From Octopus sinensis (Eukaryota), in the NCBI RefSeq assembly GCF_006345805.1, contig NC_043015.1:14260001-14324000 (forward strand): a stretch of DNA of 64,000 nt, given 5' to 3'. A program made the position numbers and the translations under genes. Shown piece after piece: positions 39,041 to 52,398 of this stretch; positions within the stretch are counted from its first letter, which is position 1, and each line of letters begins with the position of its first letter. The notes beneath the pieces were generated by a model that was not told the origin of the DNA, ran no database searches, and saw nothing but the letters and a program-made list of their open reading frames with translations.

Positions 39041-40985
39041 TAAAGGTAGGCCTCTGCCTCTAGACTTGAGAAGTCGACCAAATGGTAATATACCATAAGA
39101 CAGGGCTTCTCACAACTTTCCTTTCAGCATACTAAATCATTATGTCTGACAGAGTAGATGTAATCTTTGTGAAAGATACAGTATAAAACAGTTAAGTACC
39201 GTAAAACACAGACATGTATAATTTTTTATTAATATGAATTAATTTAAATCTCACTTTACTAAAATTTTCCCTTCATTCGTTGAGTTGATAGAATAAAGTA
39301 CCAATCAAGTACTAGGGTTGATATGGTTGATTGTCTCCTCTCCTAAACTTTCTGACTTCCTTCCCATGTAAGAAATAATCACTTTAATTCAATGTTACTT
39401 GCTTTTAATAAGATGGATGAGTGTGGCTCTTCCTAACAATTAACCCCGATTTTACAATGAATGAAATATTTTCAGAGTTGGGAGAACTGAGGGTTTCATC
39501 ATCTTTAATAATGAAAAACAAAAATCCAAATATTATCAACCATTTGATGCAAAACAACAATTTTTGTAAGCTGTATAATTACATTCTGCACTATATAACA
39601 GATTGCTGGAATCATTTCTTTCAAGTCTTTAGTAAGACTGTATTCAAGAAGAAAATGTTCAGAAACTGCATTGCCGTAATCATTATTAAGACAGATTATA
39701 TGTTGTTAATTACCTCAAGGTTTATTAATATACAAAAACTGAATCCCTTCTATAATAGATTGTGAGTAGTTATCAATTTTTCCAGCAGATTTTCATTCTC
39801 CATTGTAGATAGACCTGATTAGTTAGTTTTCCTGCATTTATACCTTTCACTCCAGATTTTCACAGCATTTTATGTGTGATACAATTCTCATGCTGGCTAA
39901 AACCTTTGCTTTTTTGACAAACCATTGTGTCATTTAGTAAATCCTTCAACTTTAGACATTTAGTATTTAAAGTAGCCATATATAACCTCAAATATGCTAC
40001 CTGTTTTATGTTCAAATCAACTAGATCCAGCCTCTCAAACCTACGCTACAATGTCATTCTAAAAACAATCACATCATTGAAATCTCAAAGCTACAAGATA
40101 ATGGATGATTAATTCAAAACAAAGTGAATAAACATTGCATTTCACAGAGTAAGCCAAATACTAAAGGGTTAAAGCAATTGACAGCACTCTGGAATGCCAA
40201 CAGCATAACAGGAAGTAAGATTGGAATGAACTAAAAATGTTAGGGTCTACCAATGGACTACGAAGTACTGATAGTTTAAATAGTTGGCATTACATCTAAT
40301 CCAGTTTGGTAAAAGAATTAAGTTATGCAGATTGTGACATCAGCTGCTCAACCAGTTAATGTTTGGTACAACATTGCAGATTCAACAGTGCATGAATGAG
40401 TTATGAAAGAAATCTTCTTGGTCTTGTGATTTTCACAAGTTTTGAAAGTATTACAACTTCCAAATGAAAACATTGACAAATGTCCTTTTTCTCATTTCAT
40501 TGAAGATATCTATATTAAAATTTTTTTTAAACCACACAAAATGGATATATATGATAATGGGAAACGTCACCACGAAAATTCATAATTATGTTGCATTGTT
40601 ACTTTGTCTATTCAAATATGCATTGCTTACTGAGGTTGGGGGAGGGTGCATGTCAGAACTATATCACTCCTTTAATACCATACATGAGTGTGAAGTCAAA
40701 TAACTTTGTGGTTAGGACATACAATAGCAAGGTTTTGAATCTCGTTTCCAAACCAGAAGGTGCATTGTCTCTGGTGAACTGCTGCACTGGAGTGTTTGTA
40801 GTTATAGCCATATATAGCATAAGAGAAACAATACAGGTACAAATAATGGAGAATAGTGAGAACCAACATACGAAAAAAAGAAAAGAAAAGAAATAAAATA
40901 AAACCTAAATACTTATGATGATTTTTTTTAAATATTACAACCACCACCACTAACAATAATAACTAGCAACAACAGCAAATTTTTT

Positions 40986-41127
40986 CTTCTCTAGGCACAA
41001 TTTTGGAGGCAGGGGTCAGTTGATTATACTAACTCCAATGTTCAACTGGTACTTATTTCATTGACCTTAGACAAAATGCTGTTAAGTATTTTGTCTAGTA
41101 TGCTAATTATTCTAGCAGCTCACCGCC

Positions 41128-41163
<36 letters not shown>

Positions 41164-42218
41164 GTAATCGTAATTGTTTCTACTAAAGGCACAAGCCCTG
41201 AAATTTATTGAGGAAGGGACTAGTTGATTACATCGATCCCAGTGTTTCACTGGTACTTAATTTATTGACCCCGAAAAGATGAAAAGCAAAGTTGACCTTG
41301 GCAGAATTTGAACTCATAATGTACAGGCAGATAAAATGCCCTAAGCATTTTGCTTGGAATGCTAACTATTCTGCCAGCTTGCCATCTTAACAACAACAGT
41401 AGTAATAGCTGTGGCATTCCATTGGTTACGACGACGAGGGTTCCAGTTGATCCGATCAATGCAACAGCCTGCTTGTGAAATTAATGTGCAAGTGGCTGAG
41501 CACTCCACTCACACATGTACCCTTAACATAGTTCTTAAGGAGAATCAGCATGACACAGAGTGTGACCAGGCTGGCCCTTTGAAATACAAATACAACAGAA
41601 ACAGGAAGAAAGAGTGAGAGAAAGTTGTAGTGAATGAATACAGTAGGGTTCGCCACCATCCCCTGCCAGCACCTCATGGAGATTTAGGTGTTTTCACTCA
41701 ATAAACACTCACAACGCTTAGTCTGGAAATCAAAACCATGATCTTATGACCACGAGTTCGCTGCCCTAACTACTGGGCCATTGATCTTCCACTAGTAGTA
41801 ATATTAATAATCAAAGATTGGAGCATGGGTGTTGAGTGTCTTCCACGATAAGTTAACATCCAGGTACCAAAGCTTATAATTTGTGGAAAGAAACCTTGTG
41901 AGACCTTTGACAACAGGTTGCTGTCCACTCTCACAGAACCAACCAGAGCAAGTAAGACTGAGAACTCTGACAAGTAAAATGATAATAATAACAATAATCC
42001 TTTCTACTATAGGCACAAGGCCTGAAATATTTTAGGGGAGGGGACAAGTCAATTACATCGACCCCAGTGTTTCTCTGATACTTAACTTATCGACCCTGAA
42101 AGGATGAAAGGCAAAGTCAACTTCAGCAGAATTTGAACTCAGAACATAGCAACAAGTGAAATACCACTAAGCATTTCACCTGGGATGCTAATGCTTCTAC
42201 CAGCTCATCACCATATAA

Positions 42219-42249
<31 letters not shown>

Positions 42250-42987
42250 GACAATACAATGAGCACGATGTGATTACAATAGATATTTCATTGGTTGAAC
42301 GACATTTTGACAGTTTGCTTGTCTTTGATGAGTTCAGAATGAAAAGTGATACATAGAAATTCAAAATATAGAAATTTGAATTTCTATAATTTTGAATTTC
42401 TATGTATCACTTTTTCATATTGAACTTGACAAAGACAGGCAAGTTGTTGAAATATTGTTCAACCAATAAAATATCTATTGCAATTGCATCGTGCTCTTCG
42501 TATTGTCTATTTATCTTTGTGAAGAGTTATGTCAGTCCTTTAAAATATAATAATAATAATAATAACAACACTAACAACAACAATAATCCTTTCTATTATA
42601 GGCACAAGTACTGAAATTTGGGAGAAGGGATTAAGTCAATTACATTGACCCCAGTGCGTAACTGGTACTAATTTTATTGACCCTGAAAGGATGAAAGACA
42701 AAATCAACCTCAGCAGAATTTGAACTCAGAATGTAACAGCAGACAAAATACCACTAAGCATTTCGCCTGGTGTACTAATGATTCTGCCAGCTTGCCACCT
42801 TAATAATAATAATAATAATAACAACCCTTTCTAGTGGAGGCACAAGACCTCACATTTGTTGGGAGGGGACTAGTCGATTACATCAACCCCAGTGTTTCAC
42901 TGGTACTTAATTTATCGACCTCAAAAGGATGAAAGGCAATGTCGACCTCGGTGGAATTTTAACTCAGAACGTAGTGACAGGCAAATG

Positions 42988-43036
<49 letters not shown>

Positions 43037-43452
43037 TAATAATGATAATAATAATAATGATTCCTAATTTAGGCAGAAGTCCAACGGTTCTCAGGGGAGG
43101 TGATTAGTTGATACTATTCACCCCAGTACTTGATTTTATTGACCCAGAAAGGATGAAATGCAAAGATGACTTCAGCAGTAATTGAACTCAGAAAGTAAAG
43201 AATCAAAGCAAATGCTGCAGGGTATTTTTTTCTGATGCTCAAACAATTCTGCCAACTAACCACCTTACAATAATAATAATCCTTTCTATTATAGGCACAA
43301 GGCCTGAAATTTGTGGGGAAGGGGTAAGTCAATTACATTGAGCCCAGTACCTGACTGGTACTTAATTTATTGATCCCGAAACTTGAACTCAGAACATTAA
43401 GACAGATGAAACACCACTAAGCATTTCATCCAGCATGCTAACAATTCTGTTG
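40986..43452 (-). mobile_element. Cluster of about seven co-oriented copies of SINE family B separated by (AAT)n/(AAC)n
   Basis: Repeated unit cctttctactataggcacaaggcctgaaattt...gaatttgaactcagaac...ccagctcacc at ~40986, 41176, 41998, 42587, 42825, 43060, 43279. Confidence 0.85.
42247..42510. repeat. 264-bp fold-back palindrome (MITE-like hairpin)
   Basis: Left arm atagacaatac..gagcacgatg..caatagatattt..ttggttgaac..gtgatacatagaaattcaaaa is mirrored by the right arm; 4-nt loop near 42378. Confidence 0.9.
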
Positions 43453-45339
43453 CTGGCAGGCAGGTAGGCAGACAGACAGACAGACAGATAGATATATCAT
43501 CAGCAGCAGCAGCACAATTTTTTGGCACTATTTCTGATTTTTGTTTTCACTGATGTTGCTGTAAATTGTTATTCTTATCACTATTTTTCTTTATGCCCAC
43601 TGTCAAGATGTATTTCTATTAATTTTCCCAGAAACTTTTGCTTCCTTTAGTCTGGGTCCAGTTGAGTAGTTCCTTTGGTCCCCAAAAGCAAGCCAACAAA
43701 ACATTTGATGATGTTTATTAACACTATTCACTACATCTAAAGGTGCACCATTTATAAGTAACTGGTAGTGATCATTTCAAAATTCCAATTTTGCTTTTTT
43801 AAATAAGTACCAACCAAGCACTGAGTTTGAATTACCGGCCTTGTGCCAAAATTTAAACCAAAACTTGAAACCAATATGTTTGCAAAATCTCACACAGCCC
43901 CACTGCTTCTTGTGTGTACCTCTAATGGTGCACATACACTAGTTTGACAACTTTTATTATAAGCTTTAACAAATCAAATAATATCTGAGATCCACTCTTA
44001 AATCTCTATTAAATTTCATCTGGCCCATGGAGTTTTATTGAAACAGATTTTTCACAGCCAGATACTCTTCTTGTTGCCAACCCTCACCCATTTCCCCATG
44101 ATCAGACATGCTGTTGCAGTATATTGGAAATGAATGACACTGCTTGTATGTCAGTGACACTCATTTACAACTAACATGATGTCAAGACAAGGAGACACAA
44201 ATACACACACACATATATATATAATGGGCTTTTTCAGTTTCCATTTTAAGGTGTTTCCATTATATTGTCCATTCCCTACATATATCTTTTATCTTTTCTT
44301 TTTTACTTGTTTCTGTCATTTGACTGTGGCCATGCTGGGGTACTGCCCTGAAGGATTTTAGCGGAACAGATTGACTCCAGGACATTTTTTTGTTTAAGCC
44401 TAGTATTTATTCTATTGGTCTCTTTTTGCAGAAACACTAATTTACAAGGATGTAAACACACCAACACCAGTTATCAAGCAGTGGTGGGGGACAAACATAC
44501 ACACACACACACATATATATGACTGGCTTCTTTTAATTTCCATGTCCCAAATCCACTCACAAGGCTTTGGTTGGCCCGAGACTATAATAGAAAATACTTG
44601 CCCTGCCCAAGGTACCATATAGTGGGTCTGAACCCATAACCATGTGGTTGTGAAGCAAGCTTCTTACCACATAGCCATGCTCGTGCCTAGTTAAATAGTT
44701 AGGTAAGGTATATGGGTGTGATTGTGAGATTAAGAAGTATGGTTTCAAGTTTGATAACCATCATTGGTTTGTTTATGTCCCTGCAACTTAGTGGTTCAGT
44801 AAATGAGACCAATAGAATATATACCAAACTTCAAAAAATAAGTACTGGAGTTGATTTGTTCAACTAAAACCTTTAAGGTGGTGCTCCAGTTTGGCCACTG
44901 TCCAACTATTGGAACAAGTAAAAGATAAAAGACAAAGCTAAAGGAGTCAATTTTTTTCCTTCATTATTACACATTCAGCTAGAAGACACCTGCTTCTAGC
45001 TTACATATTGCTTTATTCACATCATAGCATAACTTCCTTATAATGCTGAGATGAACCCAAGGAATGTCTGACAACTATAGCTGTTTTGATGTAATTGAAG
45101 TATTGTAAAGGTGTTTTAGTATGACTCAAGCCATATATTTGATTAGTATCTCTGCATGTAGCCAACTCCTATTTACTTGAAATATTACTTGGCTTCCTGG
45201 TAGATTCAAACTTGTTTTTGCAAGCCATCCCTGTCACAATGTACTGACAAAAAGACAAAATACTGAATTTCATTTCATTATCACTTGATGAGTGATGGAA
45301 TCTTCAACAATTTGACTTTATCTATAGAAAGATTAAGTG

Positions 45340-45525
45340 AGAATTTACAAAAAAAAAACAAAAGATGAGGACAGTTGTGTAAACAACAAACAGATGTATT
45401 AGTTTAATGCTCAGGAAATGAGAACGTCTTTTACGTTTCAAGCCTATGATCTTCGACAGAAAGGAACACAGAAATAAACAGGGAGAGAAAATAAAAAAGG
45501 TTTAGTGGCTAGCAATCTATCATGG
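45340..45525 (-). mobile_element. Penelope-associated terminal repeat with hammerhead-like motif (45428-45463)
   Basis: Minus strand reads CTTT-CTGTCGA-A-GATC-atag-GCTT-GAAA-CG-TA-AAAG; homologous to 32225-32410. Confidence 0.6.
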
Positions 45526-45585
45526 CAAATATGATTCTCAAGTCTGTTCAAAACATTGCAACAGATAGGTATCAAAATAGTAATA

Positions 45586-45626
<41 letters not shown>

Positions 45627-45862
45627 TTATTTTTAACATTGGCTTTCCATGCTGGCATGGGTTGGATGGTTTGGATGACCAGACAGAAGACTTCACCAAA
45701 CTTGTGTCTGTTTTAACATGGTTTTTATGTATGAATGTCCTTCCTAACATCAACCATCACACAGAGTAGACAGAGTGCTTTTTACCTGGCACCAGCACAG
45801 GCAAGGTCCATTTTGATATGGCTTTTACAACCAGATGCTTTTCCAAATGTCAACCACTTTAC

Positions 45863-46050
45863 AGTTGGAGGGAACTTAAGGAAGAGAAGAGCTCATCAGT
45901 TCTATACCAGCACACTGAGCGGAAACAAGGGAGCTCACTCATCAACATAGAAGTTAAAATCTTGTCCACACATAGAACGGATGCAACACTTAGACAAATT
46001 ATGGAAGCTACACACATAATAGAAGATAAACCTAGCCTAAATAAATAACT
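45863..46050 (+). mobile_element. Penelope-like element GIY-YIG endonuclease C-terminal fragment
   Basis: ORF 45818..46048: SVLYQH.....VKIL.....LRQIMEATHIIEDKPSLN matches the R.I.EA..I....P.LN motif. Confidence 0.75.
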
Positions 46051-46663
46051 AGAATGGAACACTAGCACACATCCCCTACACGCCACAACCAATCACAGAA
46101 TAAGATCCCCATAAACTAATAATAATATGAAACAAGAGACAGATAAATAAATGGAATTAGATAATTATATACATAAACAAAATAAAATAAATTAAATTAA
46201 TACAAAAAAAGAAAGAAATGAAAAAGTAAGCAGATAAAAACAAATTAATAAAATAAATAAAAGCAAATTAAACAAATGTGATTAAACAGTGGATACTGAT
46301 AATGCAGGTACCATACACATTCCCATGCACACACTTACTAAACATAGACACACACAGGGATATATGCATGCACAAATAAAGACACATACAACAGGAATGC
46401 AAAATAGCAGATCCTTAGGAAGGAGAGACACAAAAAAGAAAGAAGAAAGCAAAGGACCACTGATGAGGTCACAGAAGTGTGACAAAAGAACCCTGGTCAA
46501 AATACAATTAATACAAAATAAAACTGAAGCAAGTGAACACCAAATATATAGTGTGTGTGTTTTCATTGGCTAAACTGGCAACATGACCATCCCCAAATAA
46601 AACAATATCTGTTTCAACACACGAATTCACATCAAGAATCTTGCAAAATGAATATATGAACGT

Positions 46664-46694
<31 letters not shown>

Positions 46695-46698
<4 letters not shown>

Positions 46699-47553
46699 TA
46701 TGGTGAATAAACTGTTGTCTAAATTAAGCGAAAATGAAAATAACACTGACATCTCATTTTAACAGATATATTTACCAAAATTACATAAAAATATCTTGAA
46801 ATACTAAAGAGTAAATTGTTTCAATAAAATCGCCATCGGCTTCAACCACAGCCCCCAGACAACTTTGGAATCTCCTGCAACTCTTTTGGACAGTCTCCTT
46901 GTTTAAGTTGGTGAATGTTGCCATAATCCATGCCTTCAGTTCATCTTTGGTGTTACAAGGAGTTTTGTTGGTCTCTCACTCAGCTGCACACCACACATAA
47001 TAATCAAGGAGGTTGCAGTTTGGTGAGTTAGGTGGCCAGATGTAAGGGGTGATGTGGTCGCAGAAATAGTCTGACAGTTATGACTGGGTTCTCCTGCATG
47101 CGTGGCATCGTGCAGAGTCCTGTTGCCAGACATAAGGTTTTCCAGCAGCCACCCTCTTGACCCAGGACAGCACTACCTCCTCCAGGCACTTGATGTAGGC
47201 TTCTGTGTTGAGGACGTGTGGGAAGATGAATGGAGGCATAATGTCACCATCACTAGTGATCACTTCAAACACCATAATGTTGACTGGATGTTTAATTTTT
47301 ATTACTCTCAGTACATGTCCTCAGATTGACACCCAAACCCTGAAATGTTCGTGTCAGAGCTTCTGGCATGAATGCTATGCAGTACAGCATGTCATTTCCA
47401 AATTTCTGGCTAAGTGAATTGCATCATGCTGCTATTTTTCTCAGATGGTGCCCAACTGACCCTATTATACTGTGTAGTCAACAAAATCAAAAACAAACAG
47501 TGCACAAGCGTGAAATTAAAAGTATAAAATGGCGCCAATTTACCCATTGCACC

Positions 47554-47558
<5 letters not shown>
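46695..47558 (-). mobile_element. Internally deleted maT/mariner-group DNA transposon, copy 1
   Basis: YVWQQDSA.CH and WPPNSP.CNLLDYYVW motifs; imperfect ~28-nt TIRs (tacagggtgcaatgggtaaattggcgcc); TA flank. Confidence 0.85.
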
Positions 47559-47647
<89 letters not shown>

Positions 47648-48351
47648 CATGAGTAAGTAGACAAACAAAAGAAATGCACTTAACACATTTATTGGGAGTT
47701 GTGTATGTACACACACATATCTGTATTTATTCCTGCCTACAGTCTAGTCATTGACAAGAAAATTTCTTAAATGCATAGAGATTTAAGTATTCAGTTTTCT
47801 TTGATAGAAAAGAAAATTGGCTTTTTTCAGACCACATGACAAATTTAGAAAGAAGCTGCATAATTTTAACAATGGAAACATCTAATGCATTTTAGATGGG
47901 TTTCAAAAAGCTCAACACTGACCTACACTTATTCTTCTATGCATTTGTCCAGAATGCATACATAATTCTAACACCATTCCTTACCATCTTCAAAAGGATT
48001 ATTGCAAGCAAACACCATTATTTTGTCTTGAATAATTAAGATATTACCTAAGCCTATTTTATATATATTCCATGTCATGACAATTCTTTTACTTGTGGGC
48101 TTTTACATCAGCAGAGCAAAAATGGTAGCATACTGGACTAAATGCTTCAAACTAATTCCACTAAGATGGTCTTTGAAAAAATAAGTACTAATAGTGTGCC
48201 CAGAGTGATTGGATTGATTAGGCTTCCTCCTCTTAACTCTGGATTAACCATTAGGGCATCAAGAGAGGGTGGCTCCATAGTAATGGTAAATGGTTTATGG
48301 CACAAAAGAAATCACTTTAAACTTGCTAAAAAAAAATATTCAAAGTGCTTC

Positions 48352-48548
48352 TTTTAATTGCAATGATTTTGATCAGAACCTCACTACAACATCATGAAAC
48401 ACTTCAAAATTATATTTCCAATCGTATAAAGATCCTCATCATCCTCATCTTAATGTCCGTGATGATGATGTTTATATAATTGGAAGCATAATTTTGAAGT
48501 GTTCATGGTGTTGTAGTGAGGTTCTGATCAAAATCTTTCCAATTAAAA
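48352..48548. repeat. ~197-bp fold-back hairpin
   Basis: gattttgatcagaacctcactacaacatcatgaaacacttcaaaattat is mirrored by ataattttgaagtgttcatggtgttgtagtgaggttctgatcaaaatc; ~40-nt loop. Confidence 0.9.
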
Positions 48549-49129
48549 AATTTTGGAGAAAACTTTTCAATATGAATAAAGTGGGTGTATATAAATACGA
48601 ACATTATTTTCCAGCTTCCTGTTAGTTTTGTTTCATTTTGAAAAATAAAAGTATGGTTTACTATAGTTTAAATTTTGAATTACATATATATGGGGGCATC
48701 ATGATCTTTTAAGTGCTTAGGGCATCCATGGAACTTAATCTGGCCCTGCCTCCCCTACAGGAACTGATCATGTATCAGCGAAAGAAATTAATATTATGAA
48801 GGAGTGTCATTAATAAAGAAATCAATGTTATGAGATTGGGTTATTAATTATTAAGAAAGAGATCGATATAACTAGAGTGAAGGAAAGCAGTGAGCTACAA
48901 AATCGTTAGCATGTTGGGCAGAATGCTTAGCGACATTTCATCTATCCTTATGTTCTGAGTTCAAATTCCATTGAGGTCAACTTAGTCTTTCATCCTTTCA
49001 AGATCAATAAATTAAGTACCAGTTCAGCACTGGGGTCAATGCTATCAACTTTCCCATTTCCTGAAATTGCTGACCGTATGCCAAAATTTGAAACCAATAT
49101 TCCTAGAGTGAATCATTAATGCACTAATA

Positions 49130-49480
49130 AAAATTGTCACCAGTGATGTTTTTTCTCCATAATGCTTCATCAACATAATGCTCCAAAAGCCATTGGTAGA
49201 TTTTAAAACAATTTTATGTAGTTCTGTGAGTTGTTTTGGGACCCATCTTGTACAAACTTTTCCAAAGCCAAATCTTCTGTAGATGATTTCATAGGCAGGA
49301 CTTGAATAATTTGTTGTTTGCCACTTCATTAATTGCCACCCAATCTGGTCAATCTGGTCACAGACTTGTTCAGTGTTATCATCACCACAAGACATGGTCA
49401 GATGTCTGGCTCCCTCTTGATGTATAAAACTTGGGTGATAATGATGGAATTTTCCCATCCATTTATAGTGCATTTATAAA
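49130..49480 (-). mobile_element. mariner transposase N-terminal fragment
   Basis: ORF 49045..49473 contains GFGKVCTRWVPKQLTE, the mariner WVP motif. Confidence 0.8.
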
Positions 49481-49964
49481 TGCAAGCATGGCTGTGAGGT
49501 AAGAAGTTTGCTTCCCAACCACATGGTTCCAGGTTTTGTCCCAGTGCCTGGCACCTTGTCAAGTGTCTTCTGTTATAGGGTCGGGCTGATCAAAGTGTTG
49601 TGAGTGGATTTGGTAGACAGAAACTGTAAGGCAGTCAGCTGGCAAAAACATCAGCACACCGGACGAAATGCTTAGCGGTATTTCGCCTGCCATTATGTTC
49701 TGAGTCCAAATTCCACTGAGGTCGACTTTGCCTTTCATCCTTTCGGGGGTCGATGAAATAAGTACCAGTTACGCACTGGGATTGATGTAATCGACTTAAT
49801 CTGTTTGTCTCTCCTTGTTTGTCCCCTCTGTGTGTAGCCCTTTGTGGGCAGTAAAGAAATAAGAAACTGAAAGAAGCTCGTTATATATATATATATAGTC
49901 CCATCCATGCTAGCATGGAAAATGGACTTTAAATGATGATGATGATATATATATGTATGTATAT

Positions 49965-50375
49965 CATCATCATCATCATCATTTAGCGTCCGTTTTCCAT
50001 GCTAGCATGGGTTGGACGGTTCTACTGGGGTCTGTGAAGCCGGAAGGCTTCATCAGGCCCAGTCAAATCTGGCAGTGTTTCTACGGCTGGATGCCCTTCC
50101 TAACGCCAACCACTCCGTGAGTGTAGTGGGTGCTTTTTATGTGCCACCCGCACAGGTGCCAGACAGAGCTGGCAAACGGCCACGAACGGATGCTGCTTTT
50201 TACGTGCCACCGGCACGAGGCCTGTCGGGGCGGCGCTGGCAACGGTCGTGAAACGGAAGGTTCTCTTACATGCCACCGGCACTGGTAACACATCTGCAAT
50301 TTCCATTGATCGATTTCGATTCTGATCCTCACTTGCCTCAACAGGTCTTCACAAGTAGAGTTTGTGTCCCAAGAA
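49965..50375 (-). mobile_element. RTE-tailed SINE / LINE 3' end (family C, (GAT)n tail); other copies at ~9424, 10318, 11067, 23170, 30405, 35778, 45625
   Basis: Recurrent catcatcatc-gtttaacgtccgttttccatgctagcatgggttggac...ggatgcccttcctaacgccaacc. Confidence 0.8.
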
Positions 50376-50378
50376 GGG

Positions 50379-50453
<75 letters not shown>

Positions 50454-52367
50454 CATATATATATGCATATATCTATGTGGTTGTGTTTTTGTTTCACACA
50501 CACACACAGTACTTGACAACTGATGTTGATATGTTAACTTAGCAGTTCGGTAAAAGAAACTAACAGAATAAATACTAGACTTTGAAAAAATAAATCCTGG
50601 GGTTGATTTATTTGACTAAAACCCTTCAAGGCAGTGCCCCAGCATGGCCACAGTCAAAATGACTGTAACACGTAAAAGGTAAAAGATTTATAAACAATTC
50701 AATAAAACCCTGTTCCCATAGTGAATTGAAAGCCTTTGATGGATTTTGGTTCCTACTACACCTTCAACCCACAGAAAAAGGATCACTGGACATTGTTCTT
50801 TGTTAGAGCTAATAGACAGCCAAAGCCACCATGATTAATGTAATAGCAATGATAACTTAATCGATGTTTCAAATACAAATGTTCATCATGGTGACAAGGA
50901 GGAGATCGTTTCTAGTAACATGTACAGCTAATTTTTCTACTAATAGTAAAACAATTAGTGCACTGCAGATAATTAATGAGTCACCCTCAAAAATTCAAAC
51001 ACTCCACAGGTAGTAGAATATACAGAGAGTTATAGAACTTCTGCAATTTGCACTGAATCTAAGTATATTATGCCTCTATCTGTTTTGTTTCTGAACTCTT
51101 TGGATATAGAATCAGAATGGTTTCTTCCCTTGTAGACACCTCCATCACCACTACCACTGGCAATGTCAGATAACCAATTCCTAACTTTCCTAACATTCTT
51201 TCAAGACTTCATCCATCAGCTTGAAGTCTCAGCTACTGGACTAGGGGATCTCTCCCGTACCTCCTCTTTGTTCACATCAATAATGATAACACATTTGGCA
51301 CAACTTACTTCAAGCTAATAAGGGAGTCTATATAACCAGTCTAGTTGCAAGAAATAGCAACCAAAACTCCCTCTTAAAGTCTGCTATGTTAAAAAAGGCA
51401 TGTTAGAGAACATAGTCCTAGATATCCATAGAAAACCAAGATGATCACTGTTAGAATACCTTAAACTTGAAACCAGCCCCAAACAGTTCGATTAACTTTC
51501 AAGTAATAAGCATAATACCTACACATCATCAAGCTTTTCACTTCTTTTTACCAACTATTCTAACTGGATCTATAACTTTGTGTGCTTTCATATTCTTGAT
51601 TGCCCTAGTAACAATACTGAGCTAATCTCAGAAGTTGGCTCTCCTGTTATATCTATACATCCATTCAGATGTGTGTGTGTGTGTGTTTGTACATGTGTCT
51701 ATGCACATGTCTATGTATGTGATAGATGAATAAAATAAAAGCAAATCTGAAGTAGGCCAAGAAGTTGACATAAAAGATTTCGGTGTTCAGCACATAATGG
51801 TAAGAATAAAGAACATGTTGTTTTGTTTGTAAGATTCTAAGCAGCTCAAGAGTGTTTTTTAATCACAGGCTGTATGCTTGTCAAGACTTGTTTGGTAGGT
51901 TGTAGCAAGGGGAAATTTTCCATTTTCATTAAATGTTAATGACTTAGCTTAAGATTATTGAAATAATTCAACATTATATTTGTGTATTTCAGTTTCGTCT
52001 TTCTTTTTTTTCTTTTTTCTCTGAATACCTGAACCTGTCTTTGAAGTTAAATGCTAGGAGATCTCATGCTTCAGAAAACGAATGCTGTTACAGATGTCTT
52101 CCTAGGCTCAAACAAAGACATTATGAAAGAAAATGAATACAGTGAAGGTGTGGTTGTATGGTAAGAAGTTTGGGAAACAAACTTCCCAACCACATGGTTC
52201 CAGGTTCACTACCACTGAATGGCACCTTGGGCAAAGCATCTTCTACTACAAACTCAGGTTGACAAAAGTCTAGTGGGTGAATTTGGTAGAAGTAAACTAT
52301 GTGAAAGGGGTGTTATTAAGTTAGATATGGCTTGGGCCAAAGCTGGCCAAAAACTTATGTCTGTCTG

Positions 52368-52398
<31 letters not shown>

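Noticed and set aside
39421-39765. 114-aa plus-strand ORF
   Set aside because: Composition reflects AT-rich DNA; no motif, splice support or homology recognised.
40986-43452. Repeat-spacer appearance suggesting a CRISPR-like array
   Set aside because: Units are ~200-nt diverged SINE copies with microsatellite linkers; eukaryotic context, no short identical repeats, no cas genes.
51990-52150. Pyrimidine tract followed by a short open frame on +
   Set aside because: No convincing donor, an early stop and no recognisable protein.
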